A DNA stretch of 64,000 nt from an uncultured Parcubacteria group bacterium (GCA_947084965.1 CAMTUG010000003.1:360-64359); one strand, 5' to 3'; numbered from the stretch's first letter, positions 45,052-55,285 are shown. A program made the numbers and translations. Notes: generated by a model from the sequence alone, not told the origin.

Positions 45052-46194
45052 TTACTGTTTAATCGGCATGACGATGTACTGCGATCGCTTTTTGGCCGCG
45101 TCCGAGGCCGGCAAAAGGAGGCACGGGTTGCCTCCGTCGATCACCTGAAGCGTTGCTTCTGGCTCGGCAAGCGCTTGGAGGCCATCTAGTAAGTAACGAT
45201 AATTGACTGTGACCGCGTTGTCCACCCCCGCCAATTCTGCCGGGCACTCGCCGACGTTTTCTCCACGGGTTGTGTCTGCTCCGCGCACGCTGATCACCTT
45301 TTTACTCGGCGTAAACGTGAGGGTAATGTCAAAGAGCCCGGTGCGCGAAAAAAGCGAGGCGGTCTTGATCGCTTTGATAAGCGTGCCGACCTCAAACTTA
45401 GCGTCCGTCTTAAAGGCAGTCGGAATAATCTGCCGATAATCTGGATAGCGCCCGTCGATCGTGCGCGAAACGATCTCGATCGATCCAAACCGGAAGAGGA
45501 TCTGGTTTTCAGCGATCGTCACTTCGATCTGCTCCGGGGTGTCCACATCATCTTTAGAAACACTGATAACGCGGGACACTTCGGCCAAGGTGCGGGCAGG
45601 GATAATCACCGCCCTCGCTTCCGATGAGCCTTGGACATCGACGATTCGTTCTGAGAGACGATAGCTGTCTGTGGCCGCGAGCGTCGCCTTGCCTGTACCG
45701 ACCGCGGCGTCGTGGACTCGTAAACTTACCCCAGAAAGCTCTGGCCGCGATTCGTTCGTTGAAACAGCAAAGAGGGCCCCGGTAATCCCCTCACGCAGCT
45801 CAGAGGCGCTGAATTTGTACATCTGCCCGTCCTGGAGCGTCGGGATGAGGGGGAACTCTGAGGCCGACAGCCCATTAATCTTCGTCGAGAACCCCCCTGA
45901 ACGGACCTGGAGGACGTCGTCGACCACCTCGAGGTCTACCTGCTCGCTTGGGAGCAAAGAAACGAAGTCAAAGAAGAGCTTGGCCGGGACAGTAAATTCC
46001 CCGTCACGGTCTACCTTCCCACGGACCAAGCACGAGCTGGCGATTTCAAGGTTGGTCGCGGTTAAGGTCAGCGATCCGCCCCCCGCTTTCATAAGCACGT
46101 TCCCGAGAATCGGGAGATCAACTTGTTTTCCTCCAAGATGACTTGTGACGGACAGGCCCCGATAGAGGTTGTCACGTGTGCAGGTGAGCTTCAC
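45052..46194 (-). CDS. dnaN: DNA polymerase III beta sliding clamp
   Basis: MKLTCTRDNLYRGLSVTSHL...; 380 aa with a three-domain clamp layout. Confidence 0.9.
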   Translation of the reverse strand: MKLTCTRDNLYRGLSVTSHLGGKQVDLPILGNVLMKAGGGSLTLTATNLEIASSCLVRGKVDRDGEFTVPAKLFFDFVSLLPSEQVDLEVVDDVLQVRSGGFSTKINGLSASEFPLIPTLQDGQMYKFSASELREGITGALFAVSTNESRPELSGVSLRVHDAAVGTGKATLAATDSYRLSERIVDVQGSSEARAVIIPARTLAEVSRVISVSKDDVDTPEQIEVTIAENQILFRFGSIEIVSRTIDGRYPDYRQIIPTAFKTDAKFEVGTLIKAIKTASLFSRTGLFDITLTFTPSKKVISVRGADTTRGENVGECPAELAGVDNAVTVNYRYLLDGLQALAEPEATLQVIDGGNPCLLLPASDAAKKRSQYIVMPIKQ

Positions 46195-46428
46195 ACTTAC
46201 TTGTAGTTAAATTTTTTCCTTAAAGGATCCGGTATCGATAGTAAGGGTGTGGATGGCGTGGGTAAGTCGATTCGGTGTTGGTCGGCCGGAACATTTTTGT
46301 GGACGAACCCTGTGTGAAAGAGACGGACAGTCGATCTAAAACAGTGGATGATTTTTTTCTTCTGTTTCTGTCCACACTCCGTCCACCACGATTCTCACAG
46401 ATCCTCCGGTTGGTTTTCCACCGCTCAT
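46195..46428. other. oriC part 2: DnaA-box cluster between dnaA and dnaN
   Basis: Boxes tgtggatgg 46248, ttgtggacg 46297, cagtggatg 46342, tgtccacac 46369, cgtccacca 46380. Confidence 0.6.
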
Positions 46429-47823
46429 CTACAGAGCAAAGATCCGTTGTTTGATGAGCTCCATATCACGCTGTAGCTTTTCGTCCGAGGCGAGTTCTGT
46501 GCGAATTTTGCTATGGGCGTGCATGGCGGTGGTGTGGTCGCGCCCGCCAAGTTCCGAGCCGATCGACGGGAACGAAGATTTCATCTCTTCGCGCATAATG
46601 TACATGATGATCTGGCGCGGAAAGGCCAGGCGCTTTTCGCGGCTTTTTCCGAGGAGATCTTCAAATTGGAGGTCATAGTAGGAGGCCACGGTCTGGATCA
46701 GCTGGCGCGGGGTGATCGTTTTGCGCATCTGGGCCGGTTGGTAGGAAAGGAGAATCGGGGTGATCGTCTCCATCGACGGCTCGACGTTCTTGAATTGGTG
46801 GTAGGCGATGACTTTGATGAGCGCCCCTTCGAGTTCACGAACGTTTGATTGAATCGTATTGGCGATGTGGGTCAGCATCTCGCGGCCCATACAGAACCCC
46901 TTTTCATTGCATTTGGTTTCGAGAATCGCCACGCGTGTTTCTACGTCCGGGGCACCCACATCGGCCATCATGCCAGACTCGAGGCGGGACAAAACACGTT
47001 GCTCCAGGGTCGGAATCGCCTTTGGCGGGCGGTCAGAGGAAACAACGATCTGTTTATTGTGTTGGTGGAGGTGGTTAAAGGTGTGGAAGAACTCTTCCTG
47101 GGTGCGTTCCTTGTTGGTAATGAACTGAATGTCGTCCATGAGCAACACGTCGACGTTGCGATAGCGGTCCTTGAATTCGTTGGCGCGGCCGCTTTTGACC
47201 GATTCGATAAAATCGTTGGTAAAACGCTCGCAAGAAACGTACATGATGCGCGAACGGGGGTTCGTTTGGATCAGTTGGTTACCGATCGCCTGCAAAAGGT
47301 GGGTTTTTCCGAGCCCCACACCGCCGTAAATGAAGAGTGGGTTGTAAGCCTGCCCTGGTTGAGTAGCAACGGCCTGGGCTGCGGCGTGCGCCAGCTCGTT
47401 GTGCTTGCCAACGACGAAGCAGTTGAAGGTGTATTTGGGGTTGATAGTGATGTCCCCCATGACCGTCGGCTGTGAGGAAAAGTTCTGGGGTGCGTAAGAC
47501 GGCTCTTCAACCGGTTCTGGGGTGCTCTGGGTGCGCATCGCCTCTTCGATGTTGATCGTCTGCGCGTCCGGGGCTTTTGTTTCAACGTTGTAGGAAATAG
47601 CACGGATCGTGCCGCCAGTAATATTTTGCAACGAAGCTAAAATATCTTTGTGATATTTTTTCTCAAGCCAGGTTTTTGTAAAAGCGTTCGGTACCGCGAC
47701 CGTTATCTGCCCATTTTCAAATTGAGCGATAAACGTCTGTTTAAACCACGTCGTAAAGTTTGCTTTACTCAGTCGGAGCTCAAGTTCACCGAGCGCGGAC
47801 TGCCAAAGTTCGTTAGTGGTCAT
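46429..47823 (-). CDS. dnaA: chromosomal replication initiator DnaA
   Basis: AAA+ with GGVGLGKTHLLQAIGN and a C-terminal DNA-binding domain. The start is at MTTNELWQ; the ORF is open to 47901. Confidence 0.9.
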   Translation of the reverse strand: MTTNELWQSALGELELRLSKANFTTWFKQTFIAQFENGQITVAVPNAFTKTWLEKKYHKDILASLQNITGGTIRAISYNVETKAPDAQTINIEEAMRTQSTPEPVEEPSYAPQNFSSQPTVMGDITINPKYTFNCFVVGKHNELAHAAAQAVATQPGQAYNPLFIYGGVGLGKTHLLQAIGNQLIQTNPRSRIMYVSCERFTNDFIESVKSGRANEFKDRYRNVDVLLMDDIQFITNKERTQEEFFHTFNHLHQHNKQIVVSSDRPPKAIPTLEQRVLSRLESGMMADVGAPDVETRVAILETKCNEKGFCMGREMLTHIANTIQSNVRELEGALIKVIAYHQFKNVEPSMETITPILLSYQPAQMRKTITPRQLIQTVASYYDLQFEDLLGKSREKRLAFPRQIIMYIMREEMKSSFPSIGSELGGRDHTTAMHAHSKIRTELASDEKLQRDMELIKQRIFAL

Positions 47824-48234
47824 AGATTGGGAAGCTGACAAGCATGGGATTAATGAGACTTTGCAAAACCTGCGATCTGTCGGTTTGTGGGGCCCCGCCA
47901 CCTCTTCGTCGTACTTTTTTTGTACGTCTCAGAGGCTGGCCGTCCCCACGCACCGACATCTCATCACGTTTTGCAGAAGTCTCAGGGACCTCTCGAGACA
48001 GAATCATAACTCACTTATCCACAAGCCCGCAAGTGTGTGGATAGCCCCCAATATTCCGTACAGGGTGTTGATTATTTGTGGGTAAGATGTTATCCTTTTG
48101 GATGCCTGAAAAATTGTTGGATTTTCGTTGATTGGGCTGTCGGCCCGTGAGGCGTACTGAAACGTACGACGAACGGGCGGACGGGTGCCCAAGAAACGAA
48201 AAGACTCAGTTTTGCTGGCATCCAATATTTCACT
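47824..48234. other. oriC part 1: DnaA boxes and AT-rich stretch upstream of dnaA, divergent from rpmH
   Basis: Perfect TTATCCACA at 48015-48023, tgtggatag at 48036-48044, tgtgggtaa at 48077-48085, followed by an AT-rich segment. Confidence 0.65.
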
Positions 48235-48387
48235 ATGCCAAAGCGTACATACCAACCGAAGAAGCGCCGCGCGGTAAAGGTGCACGGGTTTCGTTCCCGG
48301 ATGAGCACCAAGAACGGCCGGGCCGTGCTCAAGCGACGAGCACGCAAGGGCCGCGCCCGCCTGGTTGTTTCGATCAAAAAGAAATAG
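48235..48387 (+). CDS. rpmH: 50S ribosomal protein L34
   Basis: [50 protein letters not shown]. It is under 60 aa, so it is not in the ORF track. Confidence 0.9.
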   Translation: MPKRTYQPKKRRAVKVHGFRSRMSTKNGRAVLKRRARKGRARLVVSIKKK

Positions 48388-48391
48388 GAAA

Positions 48392-48520
48392 ATATCGAAA
48401 CACACGCCTTTTCGCTTCATGGGCCCCGTCGACCCCACTCAACGTAGGTTTCCCCTACGTCTCGCGGGGCTCGACAGCCCATTCAGCGAAAATCCATCGC
48501 GTTTCGATATTTTCCACAGC
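48392..48520 (+). repeat. long inverted repeat / nested stem-loop between rpmH and rnpA
   Basis: ggaaaatatcgaaac at 48392-48406 pairs with gtttcgatattttcc at 48506-48520 as a perfect 15-bp pair. The interior is GC-rich and self-complementary. Confidence 0.55.
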
Positions 48521-48521
48521 T

Positions 48522-48866
48522 ATGTTAACCACATCTTCGCGACTTCGGAAAGATGCGGATATCAAGCGCCTGTTTCAGAAGGGCAAGTCCGTTTTTGATG
48601 AGATTTGCTCACTGAAATATGCGCCAAACGGGATGAAATACTCCCGTTTTGCTGTTGTTGTCGGTACAAAGGTGTCGAAAAAGGCGGTCGAGCGCAACAG
48701 GATTAAACGCAGGGTTCGCGCGGTCTTGGCGAAAAAGGTTCCGTGCGTACCTCCTGGGTTTGACTTGGCCTTCATGGCACGGAAAGAGGCGATGACGATC
48801 CCGTTCCCCGAACTTGAACAGAGGATCGCGCGAGCGCTAAAAAAAGCAAAGCTGTGCGAAGGTTAG
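48522..48866 (+). CDS. rnpA: RNase P protein component
   Basis: MLTTSSRLRKDADIKRLFQKGK...; classical rpmH-rnpA-yidD order. Confidence 0.85.
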   Translation: MLTTSSRLRKDADIKRLFQKGKSVFDEICSLKYAPNGMKYSRFAVVVGTKVSKKAVERNRIKRRVRAVLAKKVPCVPPGFDLAFMARKEAMTIPFPELEQRIARALKKAKLCEG

Positions 48867-49090
48867 CGATCTTTTTCATCCGTGGCTATCAGCTGAGCGT
48901 CTCGCCGGATCACGGGATTCTGCGATTTTTGTATCCGAATGGGTACTGCCAGTTTCACCCAACGTGCTCACAATATGCTTTGGGTGTCTTTGAGCGCCAC
49001 GGAACGATAAAAGGCGCTGTGCTTAGCACAAAACGCCTTTTGCGTTGTCACCCATGGAGCAAGGGCGGGATCGATGAAGTTCCGCGTTAG
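48854..49090 (+). CDS. yidD: membrane protein insertion efficiency factor YidD
   Basis: FIRGYQLSVSP...CQFHPTCSQYALGVFERHG...RLLRCHPWSKGGID. Confidence 0.85.
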   Translation: MRRLAIFFIRGYQLSVSPDHGILRFLYPNGYCQFHPTCSQYALGVFERHGTIKGAVLSTKRLLRCHPWSKGGIDEVPR

Positions 49091-49109
49091 CGGGGCGCGG
49101 TGGCCCCGC
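49091..49109. terminator. compact bidirectional hairpin cggggc-gcggtg-gccccg filling the yidD/recA convergent gap
   Basis: Shares cggggcNNNgtggccccgcctat with the hairpin at 12311. Confidence 0.45.
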
Positions 49110-50153
49110 CTATTCCTCCGATGAGGCCGAACCGATTACTGCGTCCCCGGCCTCAACCTTTTTAATGATTTCTTTGCGAATCGTGGCCAACATTTTTGGA
49201 TTTGCCTTAAGGGCGATTCGCGAATTTTCGCGGCCAATACCGATCTTTTCCTCTCCAAAAGAATAGCTGTTGCCGCTCTTGCCGATCACCCCAAACTGAA
49301 CACCAACATCCAGCACATCGCCAGCGACAGAGATCCCTTCGTTGTACATGATGTCGAATTCACAGGTGCGGAACGGCGGCGCGACTTTGTTTTTGACGAT
49401 TTTAAGCTTCGTTCTGTTCCCGATGATCTGTTCCGCCTGCTTAATTTGGGCCGAACGACGGATTTCGATGCGAATGGAAGCGTAAAATTTTAGCGCGTTT
49501 CCTCCCGGGGTCGTTTCCGGGTTACCGAACATAACCCCGATCTTGTGGCGGATTTGGTTGATGAAGACGACGATCGTATTGGACTTCGAGACGATGCCGG
49601 CCAGCTTGCGCAGCGCTTGTGACATAAGTCGGGCCTGCAGCCCCATATGGCTGTCACCCATATCCCCTTCAATTTCTGCCTTTGGAGTAAGGGCCGCGAC
49701 CGAGTCGATAATGATGACGTCGACCCCGTTGCTGCGCACCAGCGTTTCCACGATTTCGAGCGCCTGCTCCCCGGTATCTGGCTGGGAGATGAAAAGGTCA
49801 TCGATCTTCACCCCAATTTTGGCTGCATATTCTGGGTCGAGGGCGTGTTCGGCGTCGACGTAGGCGGCAATTCCACCCACTTTCTGCACCTCAGCGACGA
49901 TATGTTGGGCCAGAGTCGATTTACCAGAGGATTCTGGGCCATAAATCTCGATAATACGGCCGCGCGGCACCCCACCGATCCCGAGCGCCAAGTCGATCGA
50001 CAAACACCCCGTAGAAACGGAATCGATCGACATCGTTTTGGCCTCACCCAGACGCATGATAGACCCTTCTCCAAAACGGGTCTTAATTTGGCTGATCGCT
50101 TCGGCTGCCGCTCGCCCCCGGCCCTCCTCAATTTTTGATTCAACTTTTGGCAT
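49110..50153 (-). CDS. recA: recombinase RecA
   Basis: [20 protein letters not shown]...; 347 aa. Confidence 0.95.
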   Translation of the reverse strand: MPKVESKIEEGRGRAAAEAISQIKTRFGEGSIMRLGEAKTMSIDSVSTGCLSIDLALGIGGVPRGRIIEIYGPESSGKSTLAQHIVAEVQKVGGIAAYVDAEHALDPEYAAKIGVKIDDLFISQPDTGEQALEIVETLVRSNGVDVIIIDSVAALTPKAEIEGDMGDSHMGLQARLMSQALRKLAGIVSKSNTIVVFINQIRHKIGVMFGNPETTPGGNALKFYASIRIEIRRSAQIKQAEQIIGNRTKLKIVKNKVAPPFRTCEFDIMYNEGISVAGDVLDVGVQFGVIGKSGNSYSFGEEKIGIGRENSRIALKANPKMLATIRKEIIKKVEAGDAVIGSASSEE

Positions 50154-50384
50154 AAAGCAGGAAGATTTATGAGTAATAGAAAACCCCGCAACTGCGAGGC
50201 CTCCTTAAATGTGCGGGCATTATAGCATATCAGTGGAACACGTTTGTGAATCGGCCTTTGCGTAAGGATGTGTTTTTGATTCGCTCGTCGAGTTTGGGTG
50301 GGTTGAATTTTCGAGGCGCCGGCTCCGTTCATGGTTGACCCTTCGTCACTTTTCTGTAAGAATCGGACAAGCCAGAGGTCAGAC

Positions 50385-50948
50385 ATGTTCAACCTGTTCT
50401 TCCCCAGCATCTCGTGGATCTACACCCGGGTTCCGGTCCTGTCGCTCCGTGCGGCTTGGGTGTACTACGCCGCGGTGCGCCCGTCCGAAGAGAGGCTCCG
50501 GGAGTTCGAGCGGCTCGAAGCCGAGGGCTTCGTCATCCACACGCCACGCACGCTGCTCGTGAAGGAGTTCCTGCAGAACGTGGTCGACTCCTACTACGAG
50601 GTCACGTGCCCATCCGCCACCAAGTTCGATCGGGCCATCCGGAACCTCTTCGAGCTGGCGTGTGTGATCCTTTCCGATGCCGACACGAAGGCGCGCCACC
50701 TCGATTATCGGCTGTTCATCGCGCGGCTCAACACCCGGTCGTCCGTCTGGTCCATCTGGTGTCGCCGGCCACGCCTGCGGATTCCGCCGACGGCGATCGT
50801 GATCACGGCTCTTTCTGTCGCGGTCTCCTCGGTCGTTTACGTCGGCCATAGCCACACGATGGCCTACGTCTGGGTCGCGCTCGCCGCCACCCTCGTGATC
50901 GTCGACACGATCGTCGAGACCGGCCGCCGCCGCGCCCTCTGCGCCTGA
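50385..50948 (+). CDS. hypothetical membrane protein in a GC-rich islet
   Basis: GC3-rich frame (MFNLFFPSISWIYTRVPVLS...). TM helices at both ends. Confidence 0.4.
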   Translation: MFNLFFPSISWIYTRVPVLSLRAAWVYYAAVRPSEERLREFERLEAEGFVIHTPRTLLVKEFLQNVVDSYYEVTCPSATKFDRAIRNLFELACVILSDADTKARHLDYRLFIARLNTRSSVWSIWCRRPRLRIPPTAIVITALSVAVSSVVYVGHSHTMAYVWVALAATLVIVDTIVETGRRRALCA

Positions 50949-51004
50949 GGCGCTTCGTCTCTTCCGCTCCGCGCCTGTCCGAACTGGACCGGCGCGGTTG
51001 ATGT

Positions 51005-51514
51005 TTAATGGGGCTTGAATCCTATCTCCTCTCTTGACGACGCTTCATCATTCAAGAGCCGGCGCATCGCATCAAAGACAACTTTAAAGTTTTCGTCATA
51101 CTGCTTTTCCATCGCTTCGGCTTTTCGCCTCAAGGAATCATTGTCGGCCAACAGCTCGCGCATTCGAGTGAAGGTGCGGATGATCTGGATGTGTACTAGG
51201 ATCGCACGCTGGCTCCTTAGTACCCCCGAGAGCATAGCAATACCCTGCTCGGTGAATGCTGACGGCATTTTTCTCAGGCCCATGCGGTCGGAATTGGAAG
51301 TCACAATTTGTGACTTCCAATTTTCGAATTCTTCTCGATTCAACTTAAACACGAAATCAGCTGGGAATCGTTCAAAGTTACGATTAACTGCCTGGTTCAA
51401 TGCCTTCACACTTACACCATAGATAAACGCAAGGTCGCGGTCGAGCATGACATTGCGGCCACGCAGGAAGTAAATCTTCGTTTCGATGCGTTCGGACGGA
51501 ATGACAGTGCTCAT
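51005..51514 (-). CDS. ORF6N (KilA-N-like) domain protein
   Basis: IYFLRGRNVMLDRDLAFIYGVSVKALNQAVNRNFERFPADFVFKL. Confidence 0.6.
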   Translation of the reverse strand: MSTVIPSERIETKIYFLRGRNVMLDRDLAFIYGVSVKALNQAVNRNFERFPADFVFKLNREEFENWKSQIVTSNSDRMGLRKMPSAFTEQGIAMLSGVLRSQRAILVHIQIIRTFTRMRELLADNDSLRRKAEAMEKQYDENFKVVFDAMRRLLNDEASSREEIGFKPH

Positions 51515-51614
51515 AAAACAAAACCTCCAGCACCATATTGGTACTAGAGTCATTGTTGATCACATTACATCACGATTTTCCGTTTTTGTCAACGGCGTTT
51601 TGTGGAAAAATCGA

Positions 51615-52307
51615 CTAATGACGCACCGAAACGGCCGATCCTTCATCGAGCACGACGCGCAGATATTCTGTCGAAGTGTTGGAGTAGCGCTTTTTGGCTT
51701 CAACGGTGATTAAATTAAGCCCGCGGCGCAGATCGACCTCAGCGATAAACGTTCCGTCCTTGTTTAAGAGGATCGATTCGCCGTTGACGCTGACTTGGGA
51801 CTCTTCAAAAACGCGCCCACGTACGCTGACGATCGCTGAATCGGTTGAAAGGCCGTCCGTCGGGCTGATGATTTCAATCGTCGGTGGAGTAACGATGGCG
51901 TGCACCTGAAATCCAAGGTACACAAGGACGAGCGACATCGCCGCGCCAAGCGAAAGGAATTTAAGGATCCGCGGGGTAACCAGGAATCGTGCTCGGCGCA
52001 CTTTTTGTCGCGGCACAAGCATTGGGTCAACAAAATCACAGCTTCCACGCTCTGTCTCAAAGCACTCCAAAAAATACTTCTCGTCGCCGCCCAAGAAGCG
52101 GATGTACGTTCGCAGGAACTGGCGGCTATAAATACCTTGGGGGAGGCGGCAGTAGTCGTTCTCCTCGAGCGCCTCGATAATCGATGGGTGCAGATGTGTG
52201 GCCGCTGCCACCTGTTCAATGTTGTAGGTACGATCATGTCGAAGCGCCTTGAGTTTTTCACCCAAGCTCGCTCCGGACTGTTCAATTTTCCGGATCGTAA
52301 ACCCCAT
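51615..52307 (-). CDS. HTH-domain plus TM protein (RodZ-like)
   Basis: N-terminal XRE-type HTH (LGEKLKALRHDRTYNIEQVAAATHLHPSII), a central TM helix, and a C-terminal beta-rich domain. It lies immediately upstream of ftsK. Confidence 0.5.
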   Translation of the reverse strand: MGFTIRKIEQSGASLGEKLKALRHDRTYNIEQVAAATHLHPSIIEALEENDYCRLPQGIYSRQFLRTYIRFLGGDEKYFLECFETERGSCDFVDPMLVPRQKVRRARFLVTPRILKFLSLGAAMSLVLVYLGFQVHAIVTPPTIEIISPTDGLSTDSAIVSVRGRVFEESQVSVNGESILLNKDGTFIAEVDLRRGLNLITVEAKKRYSNTSTEYLRVVLDEGSAVSVRH

Positions 52308-52309
52308 AG

Positions 52310-54652
52310 TTAGGCCTTTTTCGTCTCGTCGATAAACCAGTCTCCCCCCTCATCTTCTGCTTCTTCAGCCTCGGCGTCAACGAGGACCTCTTCCGGTTCG
52401 GTCGGTGCGGGCGGGACGATCTCTTCCTCTTCTGCTGCGTCTTCGTCCATCTCCTCTGCTGCTTCATCCATCATCTCTTCGTTTGCGCTGATCATCTGTG
52501 TTCCCGCCGGCGGCCATTCGGTCATCAGAATTTCGCGTGGCTTGGCACCGTCAGCAGGTCCGACAACCCCGGCGTCTTCCAGCATATCAATGACCCGGGC
52601 GGCACGGGCGTAGCCGAGCTTCAAGCGGCGTTGCAGGAGAGAGGTCGATGCCTTTCCCGCCTCGATGACAACGTGAATCGCCTCTTCAAGCATTGGATCT
52701 GAATCCCCCTCGGCGCCGTTGAACATATCAAGGACGGTGCCGGTCTTTTGCTTTTGGGTGATGGTGTAGTTGTAATCTGGTTCCCCCGCCTGACGCAGGA
52801 ACTTGGTGACGCGCTCGATCTCTTCGTCGGAAACGAACGGACCTTGCAAACGTTTTGGTTTGCCAAGTTCAGCGCTCGTGTAGAGCATGTCGCCGCGGCC
52901 GAGAAGTTTTTCTGCGCCCGCCCCGTCAATGATCGTTCGCGAGTCGATCTGCGAGGCGACAGCGAAAGCGATACGCGCCGGAACGTTGGCCTTAATGAGC
53001 CCGGTGATGACGTCGACGCTCGGGCGCTGGGTGGCAAGGACCAGGTGAATACCGACCGCACGGGCCATCTGAGCGATGCGTACAATCAATCCTTCCACTT
53101 CATTACGTGAGGTAGCCATGAGGTCGGCCAACTCATCGATGATAACGACCAGTTTTGGAATTTTGGCCTCGGCCTTAGCGTTGTAACCGGCTAAGTCGCG
53201 CGCCCCAAACTTGGCGAGGACGTCGAGACGGCGTTCCATTTCGCGCACCGCCCATTTGAGGGCGTTGACCGTTTCATCCACCTTCGTAATCGGCGGGACG
53301 AGCATATGCGGAATGCCGGCGTAAGCGGTTAGTTCCACGCGCTTCGGATCGACCATCACAAACTTCAGGTCGTCCGGGCCGTTTTGGTAGAGAAGTGACA
53401 AGATGAGGGTGTGCAGACAGACCGATTTTCCAGAGCCGGTCGCACCAGCAACGAGCAAGTGCGGCATTTTATCCAGTCGGGCGATCCAGGTCTGGCCAGC
53501 GACGTCCTTTCCGAGGGCGACCGCCATGTTGCTGTCTCGATTCTTGAAATTTTTTGATTCGAGCAGATCGCGCAGAGCGACCATCGCCACCGTTTGGTTC
53601 GGCACCTCGATTCCCACAAGTGATTTACCTGGGATTGGCGCTTCGATGCGAATCGGGTGGGCGGCGAGCGCGAGCGCCAAGTCGTTTTGCAAGCCAACGA
53701 TCCGGGCGAGTTTTACCCCAACGGGGGGGTGCAGGGCGTATTGAGTAACGGTCGGACCGACCGATGTGTCAGCCATTTCCACATCAATACCAAACTGCTG
53801 GAGCGTCTTTTGAATGACTTCGCGGTTGCGATCAATGTCCCCGGCTGCCGCTTTTGTGCCCCGTGAATCTAAAAGGTCGCTCGGAATCTCCATCTTGCGC
53901 GGGTGCTTGCTCGAAAGAACTTGTTCTGCAGCAACGGGGGCCGCAACCGCAGATTTGTGGAACGGTCTTGCTTCTGTCGTGGGTTCTTCGTCCTCCTCTG
54001 TCTCCTCCTCGGATTCCGCCATCGTCTCATCGTCCTCGGCTCGATCATCCGCCTCTTCAATAACCCGTCCGGATTCTTGGCGCCGGAAGTGGAAACGTTC
54101 AGTAAGTCGTCCGAATAGGTGGGTGTGGACGGTAAAGATCGATCGGAGCGAAGTGTTAAAAAGGAGGAGGATCGAAACGACCAAGAGGGCACCGAGGATC
54201 ACAAAGGCCCCCCAGAACCCGGCGATCGCGGTCAGGATCTGATACAAGAAAAGTCCGACATACCCGCCGGCCTCGGCGAGCGTTTCGTGAGAGGTGGGAG
54301 GAACGAGACGGAACGCTGCTAAGTTGGTCAGGGCGTTGAAAGAGAGGAAGAAAAAGAAGAGCCCGATGTAATTGAATCCGGAAAGCCGCACCCGTTCAAA
54401 CGTGAGCGAGGCGCCGATTAAGATGGCGACGAACGGGAGAAGAAATCGATCCCAGCCAAACATCTTGGCGGCGGCGTCATCGACGAACATCCCGGCTTGT
54501 CCGGCCAGGTCCAGGAGCGACAAAAATAGGATGCCAGCAACGGCAAAACAAAGGACAACGAGAACCCCACGCTTCGTCTCCCCGGACAGCTCTACTTTGA
54601 ACCCTTTGTTTTCTCCCTGATCGTGTTTGCTGCGTCGTTTGCGTCGTGCCAT
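52310..54652 (-). CDS. ftsK: DNA translocase FtsK/SpoIIIE
   Basis: N-terminal TMs, an acidic linker, and a motor with VAGATGSGKSV, plus a C-terminal winged-helix domain. Confidence 0.9.
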   Translation of the reverse strand: MARRKRRSKHDQGENKGFKVELSGETKRGVLVVLCFAVAGILFLSLLDLAGQAGMFVDDAAAKMFGWDRFLLPFVAILIGASLTFERVRLSGFNYIGLFFFFLSFNALTNLAAFRLVPPTSHETLAEAGGYVGLFLYQILTAIAGFWGAFVILGALLVVSILLLFNTSLRSIFTVHTHLFGRLTERFHFRRQESGRVIEEADDRAEDDETMAESEEETEEDEEPTTEARPFHKSAVAAPVAAEQVLSSKHPRKMEIPSDLLDSRGTKAAAGDIDRNREVIQKTLQQFGIDVEMADTSVGPTVTQYALHPPVGVKLARIVGLQNDLALALAAHPIRIEAPIPGKSLVGIEVPNQTVAMVALRDLLESKNFKNRDSNMAVALGKDVAGQTWIARLDKMPHLLVAGATGSGKSVCLHTLILSLLYQNGPDDLKFVMVDPKRVELTAYAGIPHMLVPPITKVDETVNALKWAVREMERRLDVLAKFGARDLAGYNAKAEAKIPKLVVIIDELADLMATSRNEVEGLIVRIAQMARAVGIHLVLATQRPSVDVITGLIKANVPARIAFAVASQIDSRTIIDGAGAEKLLGRGDMLYTSAELGKPKRLQGPFVSDEEIERVTKFLRQAGEPDYNYTITQKQKTGTVLDMFNGAEGDSDPMLEEAIHVVIEAGKASTSLLQRRLKLGYARAARVIDMLEDAGVVGPADGAKPREILMTEWPPAGTQMISANEEMMDEAAEEMDEDAAEEEEIVPPAPTEPEEVLVDAEAEEAEDEGGDWFIDETKKA

Positions 54653-54710
54653 AAGCGGCTCTATTGTAACGCAAAAAGACGTGGAACGTCCACGTCCTCT
54701 TACTCACCCT

Positions 54711-55280
54711 TTACTGCTGAACGCGTTCGGCGTACAGGCCCGTTTCGGTGTTGACCAGGATGTGGTCCCCCTCTTTGATGAAAATAGGCACGGCGACCTT
54801 CAATCCGTTGTCGCACTCGACTTCCTTGGTGACGTTTCCGCCCGAGGTGTCTCCCTTAACGGCCATCGGCGAGGATTTCACGATATATTCAATCTTTTTC
54901 GGGAGTTCGATCGAGATCGGCGATTCGTTGTGCAGCATGATCGACACCTCGAGCCCTTCTTTGAGGTATTTGACGTCGTCGCCGATCATATCGGCAGAGA
55001 GGGTCACCTGTTCATAGTTCCCGTTATCCATGAAGGTGAAGCCGGTCTGGTCTCCAAAGAGAAACTGCATTTTGCGGTAGCTCACCTCTTCAAAGGTCAA
55101 CGACTCGGCAGACTTAAATGCCTGCTCCATGATCTTGCCAGACTTGATGTTGCGCATGCGGGTGCGCACGAACGAGCTCCCCTTGCCTGGCGAAACACGC
55201 TGAAAATCAACGACAATCCACAAGTCGCCATTGTTTAAGTTGATCACGGTCGATTTCTTGATGTCGTTTGGTGAAGCCAT
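54711..55280 (-). CDS. efp: elongation factor P
   Basis: 189 aa with the lysine loop SPGKGSSFVRTRMRN. Confidence 0.9.
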   Translation of the reverse strand: MASPNDIKKSTVINLNNGDLWIVVDFQRVSPGKGSSFVRTRMRNIKSGKIMEQAFKSAESLTFEEVSYRKMQFLFGDQTGFTFMDNGNYEQVTLSADMIGDDVKYLKEGLEVSIMLHNESPISIELPKKIEYIVKSSPMAVKGDTSGGNVTKEVECDNGLKVAVPIFIKEGDHILVNTETGLYAERVQQ

Positions 55281-55285
55281 AGTGG

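Noticed and set aside
46513-47475. Plus-strand ORFs inside dnaA (46513..46848, 46849..47475).
   Set aside because: They are antisense to dnaA.
49543-50410. ORFs 49647..50138 (+) and 49808..50410 (-) overlapping recA.
   Set aside because: They are shadow ORFs or ORFs in another frame; recA is unambiguous.
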